From: an uncultured delta proteobacterium
GTDB taxonomy: Bacteria > Myxococcota_A > Polyangia > Polyangiales > Polyangiaceae
Direction: 5' to 3'
Assembly: GCA_963782055.1 (NCBI GenBank)
Contig: CAWAIF010000003.1
Location: forward strand, 288,001-352,000
Length of the DNA stretch: 64,000 nt
This document shows, in pieces, positions 9,749 to 19,601 of the stretch; position 1 is the first letter of the stretch; every line of letters begins with the position of its first letter. The position numbers were made by a program, and so were the translations under genes. Under the pieces are notes generated by a model. It was not told the DNA's origin. It worked only from the letters and a program-made list of their open reading frames with translations, and searched no databases.

Positions 9749-9769
9749 CCGGCGGACGGCGAGGGCGCG

Positions 9770-10393
9770 TCACGCAGGCTTGCGGGCGCGCCCGGCCAGC
9801 ACCCAGCCGAAGGAGATGCGCTCGACGCGGACCTCCACCAGGCCCGCCGCGGCGAGGGTGCGTTCCAGCCGCGCCGCGTCGAACTTGGTCGGGTGCAGCC
9901 CCTTGCGGCTGAACCCTTGCGCGCGCGCGACAATCTCCAGGGCGGTGCCCTCGATGACGCGCAGCAATCGCGAGCCGTAGTTGGGCGTGGTGACGAGCAG
10001 CCGGCCGCCGGGCGCCGTCACGCGCACCAGCTCCTCCAGCCAGGGGCCGGGCTCGACGACGTGCTCGATGACGTCCATGGCCACCACCAGGTCGAAGCTC
10101 CCCGCCGGGTAGGGCAGGGGCGCGCCCGCCGTGATGACGTCGGCGCGCTCCAGGCGCCCCGCGTGCAGCCGCCGCGCTGCCTCCACCGCGCGCGGGTCGA
10201 TGTCGCACGCGGTGTAGCGCGCCCCGCGCGGCAGGCGCTCCAGCTCGAAGAAGGGACCGGCGCCCACGTTGAGCACGCGCTCCCCGGCGCGCACCTCCCC
10301 GCGGAGGGCCCGCACCAGCGGCCCGTGGTAGAGGCTCCACGGGAAGCGGAGCTTCAGCCGGTGGTTGTCGAAGTAGTCGACCGCCTCGGCCAT
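9770..10393 (-). CDS. Class I SAM-dependent methyltransferase
   Basis: 'VLNVGAG', 'LPYPAGSFDLVVAMDVIEHV', 'PGGRLLVTTPN'. Confidence 0.85.
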   Translation of the reverse strand: MAEAVDYFDNHRLKLRFPWSLYHGPLVRALRGEVRAGERVLNVGAGPFFELERLPRGARYTACDIDPRAVEAARRLHAGRLERADVITAGAPLPYPAGSFDLVVAMDVIEHVVEPGPWLEELVRVTAPGGRLLVTTPNYGSRLLRVIEGTALEIVARAQGFSRKGLHPTKFDAARLERTLAAAGLVEVRVERISFGWVLAGRARKPA

Positions 10394-10394
10394 G

Positions 10395-11219
10395 TCAGCG
10401 CTCGCGCCTGACCACGACCAGGAACTCCGCGGTCGGCGTGTCGTCGCCGGCGAGGGCGAGGGCGGCCGTCGCCAGGCGGTAGGCAATGGGGGCGGCCGCG
10501 CGCCTCGCGCGAGGGAAGTTGGTCCAGCGCGTCGTCATCTTGCGGTTCATCCACCCGAGCACCGAGGGCAAGAGGAAGAGCTCGAACGCCACCGTCGTCG
10601 CGGTGGAGAGCACCGGCTCGATGGACTCCAGCACGAAGGGCGAGCGCGCGACCACGTCCCGCCAGCCCTGCTCGTCGTAGAGGTGGTGGTGCACGAAGAC
10701 GCGGTCCAGCCGGTCCTGCAGCGCCTTCGACAGCCCGGGGAAGCCGGCGACTCGCAGCGCGCGGAGGCTGACCATGTGGCTCGCCCAGTCGCGGTTGGGC
10801 ACGAAGAGGTACGCGCGCCCGCCCGGCTTGAGGCTGTCGTGGATGGTGCGCAGCGCCTGGTCCAGGTCGGGCACGTGCTCGAGCGAGCAGTTGGCCACGC
10901 ACGTCTCGAAGAAGGCGGCGGGCAAGCGGGCGCGGGTGATGTCGCCCAGGATGATCTGGTCGTAGGCGCGGCTCGCCTGCGCCCAGCGCCCCTCGTTGGC
11001 GTCGATGTCGATACCCCACACCTCCGCGTCGGCGAAGGCGATGGACGCGAAGAGGCCGTCTCCGCACCCCACGTCCAGGATGGGGCTCGCGCACCCGTGG
11101 CGGCGCAGCACGTCCAGGCGGGCGCACTCCTTGATGCAGAGCGCCGTCGGCGCCCGGGGGAAGTACCGCCGGAAGTCCTCGAGCTGGATCTCGGCTCTGC
11201 TCGGGGGAGGAGGTCGCAC
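10395..11219 (-). CDS. Class I SAM-dependent methyltransferase
   Basis: 'ILDVGCGDG', 'NCSLEHVPD', 'LKPGG'. Confidence 0.85.
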   Translation of the reverse strand: MRPPPPSRAEIQLEDFRRYFPRAPTALCIKECARLDVLRRHGCASPILDVGCGDGLFASIAFADAEVWGIDIDANEGRWAQASRAYDQIILGDITRARLPAAFFETCVANCSLEHVPDLDQALRTIHDSLKPGGRAYLFVPNRDWASHMVSLRALRVAGFPGLSKALQDRLDRVFVHHHLYDEQGWRDVVARSPFVLESIEPVLSTATTVAFELFLLPSVLGWMNRKMTTRWTNFPRARRAAAPIAYRLATAALALAGDDTPTAEFLVVVRRER

Positions 11220-13241
11220 TCAGTCCTTCTTCGGTCCCTCGTTGTAGCCGCGCGGGCGGTACTTGGGGTCCACGCCGTTGTTCTTCTCGCCGTTGTTCGC
11301 CACGTCGCGCTGCAGGTAGTCCAGCCAGGAGCCCGGGTGCGCGGCGCCCATCTTCTCCAGCTCGGCCTCGTGCTGGTCGAAGTCCTTCTCGTCCCACATG
11401 CACTGCAGGCCCAGCGCGATGAGGCTGAGGTCGTTGGGGCCGAGCTCGAAGCCGCGCTTGTAGTGCGGCCATGCCTCCTCCGCGCGGTGCATCCGGCAGA
11501 GGGTGTCGCCCAGGTAGACGTTCGCCATCGGCCACTCGGGCGCGAGCTTCAGGGCCACCAGGTTCGCCTTGCGGCGCTCCTCCAGGTTGCCGCGGGCGCC
11601 TTGCATGACCGAGTAGTTGAGGTGGGCCTTGGCGCTGTTGGGCACCGCGTGCCGCGTGGCGTCCCAGAAGGTGAGGTCGTCGGCGTAGTCGTCGGCGTGC
11701 CGCCGCGCGGAGAAGGACTGCATGCCGAAGTAGAGGCCGACGAAGGCGATGCCCGCCCACGCCAGGTGCTTCGCGCGGGTGACGTCCAGCAGGCGGTGGA
11801 GCGCGATGGCGACCAGGACGCTGGAGCCGATGGCGGGGAAGTACCAGAAGCGCTCGGCGCGCACCGTGGGCAGCACGAGCGGAATGTTGGAGACGGGGAA
11901 GTAGCTCACCACGATCCACGTCATCGCCACCGCGGCGATGGCGCCGTAGTCCACCAGGAGGGCGCTCTCCCCGCGCAGCCGCGCCTTCCACGCGCGCCAC
12001 ATCGCGCGCACGCCGACGACGAGGGACGCCAGCATCGGTCCGACCATCATCAGCGCGCCGAGCACGCTCTCCGGGAAGACGAGGTGCTTGGGGATGGGCT
12101 CCTGCGGCGCCGAGTAGTCGCCGGAGAGCGTCCACGGGAAGACGACCTGCGTGAGGCCGCGCCAGTAGACTCGCAGCGCGCCCGCCGTGCGGAAGGAGGG
12201 CGTCGCCTTCACCAGCGGGTTGTTGAGCGGGTCCTTCGGCAGCCCGGGTTGCGCGTACCAGCGCAGCAGCCCGGCGAAGGTGCGGCCGGCGAGGCCCTTG
12301 TGCGCGCTCGCCGCCGGGAGCAGCTCCGGCGGCGTGGGCGTGGGGAACATCCGTTTTCGCGCCTCGACGTAGAGCACGAAGGCGGCCATCGTCGCGGTGA
12401 GCGCCACGCCCATCCGCGCCCAGCGCATCGGCCGCTTGGGGTGCGTCACGTGCGCCATGAGCAGCGCGGCGAAGGGCACCAGCGGGACGATGCAGAGCGC
12501 GCTCTCCTTGGAGTACAGGCCCAGGAGCGTGGCGCCGAAGAGGGCGAGGGGCATCCCCCACATGGGCAGCGCCAGCGCGCACAGCGCGAGCAGCGCGCCC
12601 AGGCCGCCGAGCACGTCGGCCAGGCCGACCACGCCGCTCACCGCCTCCGTCACCACCGCGCACGCGGTGAAGGCCACCCCGGCGAGCCACGCGGTGCCGC
12701 GGTTCTTGGTGACGCGCATCACGATGAGCACGAGCAGCGCGCCGTTCACCCCGTGCAACAGGACGTTGATCCAGTGATGGAGGAAGGGGGTCTGGTCGCG
12801 CGCGCCGAGCGCCCAGAGGGCGCGCCAGATGAGGTCGGGCAGCGGCCGGTAGGAGCCGATGGTGCGGTCGGGTGTCAGGCCCCAGAAGTCGCGGTAGAAG
12901 GCGTCGACCCAGCGCAGGTGCGACGTCGGGTCGGCCACGCTGCGCACGTACGGGTTGGCGAGCAGCGCCTCCTGCTCGTCGAAGATGAAGTTGGTGCGCA
13001 CCGGGTTGCGCGTGTAAAGGAGCATCGACAGAAAGCACATCGGCACGATGGCCGAGCTCAGCGTCGGGTCCTCGCCCAGGAAGTAACCGCGCAGGAAGGA
13101 GCGGACCGTGATGATCCACGGCGGCTTGCCGTCCTTCCTGCTGGCGTCGGCCGGCGTCCCCGCGGGCGCGGTCTCCGCCGACGGCGGCGCGTCGGCCGGA
13201 GCGGTCTCGGGCGGCGGCGGATCGTGGGGCGGCTCGGTCAT
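11220..13241 (-). CDS. TMTC-like GT-C membrane glycosyltransferase with C-terminal TPRs
   Basis: Motifs in TMTC order: 'FIFDE', 'DFWG', 'SYRPL', 'HWINVLLH', 'TEAVSGVVG', 'SKE', 'LSGDYS', 'AERFWYFP', 'PNSAKAHLNY', then TPR-like helices. Confidence 0.8.
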   Translation of the reverse strand: MTEPPHDPPPPETAPADAPPSAETAPAGTPADASRKDGKPPWIITVRSFLRGYFLGEDPTLSSAIVPMCFLSMLLYTRNPVRTNFIFDEQEALLANPYVRSVADPTSHLRWVDAFYRDFWGLTPDRTIGSYRPLPDLIWRALWALGARDQTPFLHHWINVLLHGVNGALLVLIVMRVTKNRGTAWLAGVAFTACAVVTEAVSGVVGLADVLGGLGALLALCALALPMWGMPLALFGATLLGLYSKESALCIVPLVPFAALLMAHVTHPKRPMRWARMGVALTATMAAFVLYVEARKRMFPTPTPPELLPAASAHKGLAGRTFAGLLRWYAQPGLPKDPLNNPLVKATPSFRTAGALRVYWRGLTQVVFPWTLSGDYSAPQEPIPKHLVFPESVLGALMMVGPMLASLVVGVRAMWRAWKARLRGESALLVDYGAIAAVAMTWIVVSYFPVSNIPLVLPTVRAERFWYFPAIGSSVLVAIALHRLLDVTRAKHLAWAGIAFVGLYFGMQSFSARRHADDYADDLTFWDATRHAVPNSAKAHLNYSVMQGARGNLEERRKANLVALKLAPEWPMANVYLGDTLCRMHRAEEAWPHYKRGFELGPNDLSLIALGLQCMWDEKDFDQHEAELEKMGAAHPGSWLDYLQRDVANNGEKNNGVDPKYRPRGYNEGPKKD

Positions 13242-13263
13242 CGGCTCGCGTGGGGGACGGGGG

Positions 13264-14088
13264 TCACCGGATGCCAGGGATGGGCGGGGCCTGCTCGCCG
13301 TGATCGGGGATCATCCACGTGTCGCCCCAGAGGTGGGCGCCGCCGTCGATGTACCAGGTCTCGCCCGTCACGAAATCGGCGGCGTCGGTCGTGAGGTAGA
13401 CGACCAGCTCGGCCACCTCCTCCACGGTGCCCAGCCGTTTCTTGGGCGTGCGCTGGCGGCTCATCTCCACCAGCTCCGGCGGGTACTGGTCCACGCCGCT
13501 CGAGCGGATGATCCCCGGCGCCACAGCGTTGACCTGGATGTCGTACTGCGCCCACTCGACGGCGAGCGTCTTGGTCATGTTCTCCACGCCCGCGCGCGCG
13601 GCGCCGGTGTGGACCATGCCCGGGAAGCCGCGGGCGATGTTGGCGATGACGTTGACGATGCGCCCGCGCTTGTTCGGGATCATGTGCCTGGTGGCGACGG
13701 CCTGGGTCATGAAGAAGGTGCCGTTCAGGTTGTTGCGGATCACGGCCTCCCAACCCTTGGGGGCCAGGTTTTCTGCCGCCGTCGGGAACTGGCCGCCAGC
13801 ATTGTTGACCAGTACGTCCGCGTGGCCCAGCTCGGCCTCCACCTTCTCGACGAAGGCGGCGATCTGCTCCAGCTCGCGGATGTCGCAGGTGGCGGTCATG
13901 ACCTGGACGCCGCCCTCGGCCAGGTGTGCCTTGGCCGCGGCGAGGCGCTCCGCCTTGCGGCCGCAGATGGCGACCTTCGCGCCCAGCTCGCCCAGCTCCC
14001 GGGCGATGGCGAGCCCGATGCCGCTGCCGCCTCCGGTGACGATCGCGACGTGACCGGCCATGAGCCCCGGACGGAAGATGGAAGGCAT
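13264..14088 (-). CDS. SDR oxidoreductase (2,4-dienoyl-/trans-2-enoyl-CoA reductase-like)
   Basis: 'VTGGGSGIG', 'LVNNAGGQF', 'HTGAARAG', 'NAVAPG', 'IDGG'. Confidence 0.85.
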   Translation of the reverse strand: MPSIFRPGLMAGHVAIVTGGGSGIGLAIARELGELGAKVAICGRKAERLAAAKAHLAEGGVQVMTATCDIRELEQIAAFVEKVEAELGHADVLVNNAGGQFPTAAENLAPKGWEAVIRNNLNGTFFMTQAVATRHMIPNKRGRIVNVIANIARGFPGMVHTGAARAGVENMTKTLAVEWAQYDIQVNAVAPGIIRSSGVDQYPPELVEMSRQRTPKKRLGTVEEVAELVVYLTTDAADFVTGETWYIDGGAHLWGDTWMIPDHGEQAPPIPGIR

Positions 14089-14144
14089 GCGCCTTTTCTT
14101 ACCCCAACCCGGCGCGGAGGCCGAGCCCGAAGCCCCGGGCGTGA

Positions 14145-14873
14145 TCAGTCGGCGAGCTCCTCGGCCGGCTCGGGGGGCGGGAGCTCGGCCTTGTGGCTGC
14201 GGCGCGTCTCGATGGCGGAGCGCGCGAGCTCGTCGGCGCGCTCGTTGAGCGGGACGCCGGCGTGGCCGCGCACGTAGACGAAGCGCACGCCGGTGCGGCC
14301 CTGCAGGGCGCGCTTGATGTCGGCGATGAGGTCGACGTTGGCCTTCGCTTTCCAGCCCTTGCTGAGCACGCCGATGGCGTACTGGCTGTCGGTGTGGATG
14401 ACGACGGGCTCGTGCCCCGGCACCAGCCCGAGCGCGTGCAGGATGGCCGTCAGCTCCGCTACGTTGTTGGTCGCCTGGCCGAGGTAGTCCCAGCCCTCCG
14501 CGATGCGCCCGTCGGGGGTCACCACGATGAACCCGCTGCCCGCCGGGCCGGGGTTCCCGGTGCACGCGCCGTCGGTGTAGGCGATCCACGTGCCGTGCGG
14601 CACGGGCTCGGGGCGCGTGCCGTGCGCCGGGGCGCCACCGCGGCCCTTCGCCCCCGAACGCGTCGCCGGCTCGTCCGCGGGCGGGCACGTGTCGTCGGGG
14701 AGGATCGCCGCGGCGGCGTCGATGGCCAGGTTGCCCGGAGCGGCGCGGTAGGCGCGCGCGTCGGTGGGCTTGTAGCGGATCTCCACGCGGCCGCCGCGCG
14801 CATCGAGGCTGCCGTCCTCCTTGACGCGGGCGAGCACGCGTTGCCCGCGGATGGTGGCCTGGCGCCAGGGCAT
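14145..14873 (-). CDS. rnhA: Ribonuclease HI with N-terminal extension
   Basis: 'YTDGACTGNPGPAG', 'TNNVAEL', 'HTDSQY', 'GHAGVPLNERADELA'. Confidence 0.88.
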   Translation of the reverse strand: MPWRQATIRGQRVLARVKEDGSLDARGGRVEIRYKPTDARAYRAAPGNLAIDAAAAILPDDTCPPADEPATRSGAKGRGGAPAHGTRPEPVPHGTWIAYTDGACTGNPGPAGSGFIVVTPDGRIAEGWDYLGQATNNVAELTAILHALGLVPGHEPVVIHTDSQYAIGVLSKGWKAKANVDLIADIKRALQGRTGVRFVYVRGHAGVPLNERADELARSAIETRRSHKAELPPPEPAEELAD

Positions 14874-14982
14874 GGAGGTGGCCCGAGCATAGCGCCGAAT
14901 CGCGAGCGCGGGGGCACAACCACGCCCTCCGGCCCGGGTCCGGCGCGAGATTTCCCCGGCGCCGTCGGGTATGGTGGCGCGC

Positions 14983-16317
<1,335 letters not shown>

Positions 16318-16321
<4 letters not shown>

Positions 16322-17242
16322 CATCCACCCGCTCCCTCCGCGTTCGCCTCGCCGCGCTCCTCGTCGTCGCGGCGGGCTGGCTCGTCCCGCGCGACGCGCC
16401 GGCGTTCGTCCACATCGTGCGGCCGGGCGAGTCGCTCGCCGCCATCGCCACGCGCTTCTACGGCGACGCCACCCGCGAGCTGCTCCTCGCCGACGCCAAC
16501 TCGCTCGACGCGCAGGGCGGCAGCGCCATCGTGCCCGGCATGCGGCTGGAGGTCCCGGCGTGCAGCTTCCACCGCGTCGTGGAGCACGAGACGTGGAGCA
16601 GCATCGCCCGCGACTGGCTCGGGGACGCCCGCCGCGCCGACACCCTCGCGCGGGAGAACGGCGCGGTGGCCTGGGTCGCGCCGTCGGTGGGCCAGGAGGT
16701 CCGCATCCCCTTCGTGCTCACGCACATCGCCGCCGAGGGGGACACCACGCTGGCGCTCGCGCGCCGCTACCTCGGCGATCCCAACCGCGGCTGGGAGCTG
16801 GACGCCTTCAACTTCCGCAAGGAGTGGAAGCTCGTCCGCGGCGACGTGGTCCTCGTGCCCATCGCCGATCTGGACCTCACCGAGGCGGGGATGGCGGAGG
16901 CCGAGCAGGCCCGCGCGCGCGACCGGACCGCGCACGGCGGCGACGTGCTGACGATGCAGAAGAAGGTGAGCGCGGAGCTGCCCGGCCTGCTCGCGGAGCT
17001 GCGCGCGGGGAAGTACGTCGAGGTGGTGGCGCACGGCAGCCGGCTGCTCGGGGCGGGCGAGCTCACCCGCGCGCAGCTCGCGACCATCCACCGCACCTTG
17101 CTCGAGGCCTTCGTCGCGCTGGACGCCCGCCCCGCCGCCACCGCCGAGTGCGCCGAGTGGCGCAAGGTGGAGCCGCACAAGGTGCTCGACCCGGTGCTCG
17201 TCAGCCCCAAGAATCCGCTCGGTCTGCGGCGCGTCACGCTGA
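16318..17242 (+). CDS. Secreted multi-LysM peptidoglycan-binding protein (probable +1 frameshift near the 3' end)
   Basis: GTG start overlaps the kinase stop. Signal peptide followed by three LysM-like starts: 'HIVRPGESLAAIA', 'HRVVEHETWSSIA', 'HIAAEGDTTLALA'. As read, the frame runs to 17337; removing one A at about 17212 gives 'SPKIRSVCGASR*' ending at 17242. Confidence 0.72.
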
Positions 17243-17315
17243 CCTCCTCGCCGGCACCGCGCTTGCTAGGCAGCCTCCGCGGCCCAGCGGCCGCCTACCG
17301 ACATGGAGGTCGAAC

Positions 17316-17744
17316 ATGCGATGCGAGAACATCATGACCAAGCAGCTGCACACTCTGCCGGACACGAGCAGCACCCTGGAAGCCGCCAAGGTGATGCGCG
17401 ACTACAACATCGGGTTCGTCCCGGTGACCAACGGCAACGGCCAGATCGTGGGCACGCTGACGGATCGTGACATCGTGGTGCGCCTCGCCGCCGGGAACGG
17501 CTCGCTCAACACGCAGATCCGGCAGCACATGACCTCCGAGGTGGTGACCTGCAAGGCGAGCGACGACGTCGCGCAGGCCGAGGCGCTCATGCGGCGGCAG
17601 CGCAAGTCGCGCCTCGTGTGCGTCGACGATCAGCGCCACCCCGTGGGGGTGATCAGCCTCTCCGACCTCGCGCAGCACGACGACCCCGCGACCGTCGGGC
17701 AGACCCTGCGCGAGATCACCCGCCGCGAGGCGCGCCCCGGCTGA
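17316..17744 (+). CDS. CBS domain pair protein
   Basis: 'IMT', 'IGFVPV', '[12 protein letters not shown]', '[10 protein letters not shown]'. GGAGG RBS upstream. Confidence 0.88.
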   Translation: MRCENIMTKQLHTLPDTSSTLEAAKVMRDYNIGFVPVTNGNGQIVGTLTDRDIVVRLAAGNGSLNTQIRQHMTSEVVTCKASDDVAQAEALMRRQRKSRLVCVDDQRHPVGVISLSDLAQHDDPATVGQTLREITRREARPG

Positions 17745-17944
17745 CGCGCGGCGTTCTCCGTGCCCGCCTCCTGTTGGGCGGGCGCGGAGGGCGTCTGCAA
17801 TCGATGCGGACGCGCACCGTGGCTCGTCGCCACGGTCGTGGCGAGTCGACTCGCGCGCAGGCCGCCCGCTCGTCTCCCGCCCCGGTCCGGAGGTCGATGG
17901 TGGGCGGACCGCGCGGCCGGCGCGGCGTGTGCAAGGCGCCGGGC

Positions 17945-18412
17945 ATGGACATCCACATCGGAATCGACGGCAAGCAGCGGGAGCAGATCGGCGCGGCTCT
18001 GGCCAAGGTCCAGGCGGACACGTACACGCTCTACCTGCAGACTCACAACTTCCACTGGAACGTGACCGGCCCCATGTTCCGGTCGCTCCACCTGATGTTC
18101 GAGGAGCAATACAACGAGCTCTGGCTCGCGGTGGACCTGCTCGCCGAACGCATCCGTGCCCTGGGCGTCGACGCGCCAGGCACGCACAAGAAGCTCGCGG
18201 CGCTCACCTCCATCAAAGAGGACGAGAACATCCCGCGTGCGCAGGACATGATCCGCCGCCTGGTGGAGGGACACGAGACGGTCGTCCGCACCGCCCGCGA
18301 GGGCTTCCGGCTCGCAGAGGACGCCCGCGACGAGCCGACCGCCAGCCTGCTCACCGACAGGATGTGCATCCACGAGAAGTACGCGTGGATGCTGCGCAGC
18401 ATGCTGGAGTGA
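17945..18412 (+). CDS. dps: Dps DNA-protecting ferritin-like protein
   Basis: '[24 protein letters not shown]', 'DLLAERI', 'HEKYAWML'. Confidence 0.93.
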   Translation: MDIHIGIDGKQREQIGAALAKVQADTYTLYLQTHNFHWNVTGPMFRSLHLMFEEQYNELWLAVDLLAERIRALGVDAPGTHKKLAALTSIKEDENIPRAQDMIRRLVEGHETVVRTAREGFRLAEDARDEPTASLLTDRMCIHEKYAWMLRSMLE

Positions 18413-18469
18413 CCTCGAAAACCGTCCACAGGTGCTGGGGGAGGAGCGATCTGCGCTAGGCTCTGGCGG

Positions 18470-19600
18470 ATGTCCGAAGGGCCCGTCACGCCGCGACGCC
18501 ACACAGCCCCGCCGCTCAGCGTGGGGCGGTCGCTCGGCGATTTCCAGCTCGTCGGCGTGCTGGGCGAGGGCGGCACGGGCATCGTCTACGAGGCGACGAA
18601 GAAGGGCGACGACAGGCGGCTCGCCCTCAAGGTCATCCACGGCCACCTGCTCTACGACAAGCAGATCCGCGGTCGCTTCACGCGCGAGGCCAACATCCTG
18701 CGCCGCCTCCAGGGCGTGCACCTCTGCCCGGTGATCGAGTACGGCGAGCTGCCCGACCCGCGCGTCGACGGGGCGAGCATCCTCTTCATCGCCCTGCCCA
18801 AGATCGACGGCCCCGCGCTCGACCAGCTCCTGCGCGAGGAGGGCCCCATCACCATCGACCGCGCGCTGGACATCACGCTCCAGGTCTGCTCCGCGCTCGC
18901 CTCCGCGCACGCGCAGGGCGTCATCCACCGCGACCTGAAGCCGGCCAACGTGCTGCTGGAGGGCGGGACGCGCGCGGTCGTCGTCGACTTCGGCATGGCC
19001 AAGATCGTCACCGGCGGCGGCACCGACACCACGGGGCTCACCGCGCACAACATGGTCTTCGGCACGCCGGAGTACATGGCGCCGGAGCAGGCGCGCGGCG
19101 ACGAGCTGGACGCGCGCTGCGACGTCTACGCCGTCGGCGCCATGCTCTACGAGCTGCTCACCGGTCACGTGCCCTTCACCGGCAACACGCCGCTCAACGT
19201 GCTGACGGCGCAGCTCACCGAGGCGCCGAAGCCTCCGCGCGAGCGCGCGCCGGAGCGCGGCATCTCCATCGCCCTGGAGGCGGTGGTGCTCACCGCCCTC
19301 GCCAAGGATCCGCTCGAGCGCTACCCCACCGCGCAGGGCCTCGCGCTGGCCATCCAGCACGCGAAGGACGCGCCGGAGGACGTGGCGGGCGTCGTCCCGC
19401 GCAGCGTGCGACCGGAGGAGCTCGGCCACGCCGAGACCCTGCCCGCGCCCGCGCCCGCGTCCCTCGTCCGCGCCTCGCGCCGGACGCCCGTCGCCGCGCC
19501 GGCGGCGGAGCGCGCCGGACGCGCGTGGTGGCTGGTGTGGGTGGTGGCGGTGGCGGCGGGCGTGGGCGTCGGCGTCTGGCTGTCCCTCCGCGCGGGGTAG
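18470..19600 (+). CDS. Ser/Thr protein kinase with C-terminal TM helix
   Basis: 'LGEGGTG', 'ALK', 'HRDLKPAN', 'DFG', 'GTPEYMAPE'. Confidence 0.92.
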   Translation: MSEGPVTPRRHTAPPLSVGRSLGDFQLVGVLGEGGTGIVYEATKKGDDRRLALKVIHGHLLYDKQIRGRFTREANILRRLQGVHLCPVIEYGELPDPRVDGASILFIALPKIDGPALDQLLREEGPITIDRALDITLQVCSALASAHAQGVIHRDLKPANVLLEGGTRAVVVDFGMAKIVTGGGTDTTGLTAHNMVFGTPEYMAPEQARGDELDARCDVYAVGAMLYELLTGHVPFTGNTPLNVLTAQLTEAPKPPRERAPERGISIALEAVVLTALAKDPLERYPTAQGLALAIQHAKDAPEDVAGVVPRSVRPEELGHAETLPAPAPASLVRASRRTPVAAPAAERAGRAWWLVWVVAVAAGVGVGVWLSLRAG

Positions 19601-19601
19601 C

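Noticed and set aside
14145..14873. RNase H as part of a retroelement or defence system
   Set aside because: No reverse transcriptase, integrase or terminal repeats nearby; motifs match cellular RNase HI.
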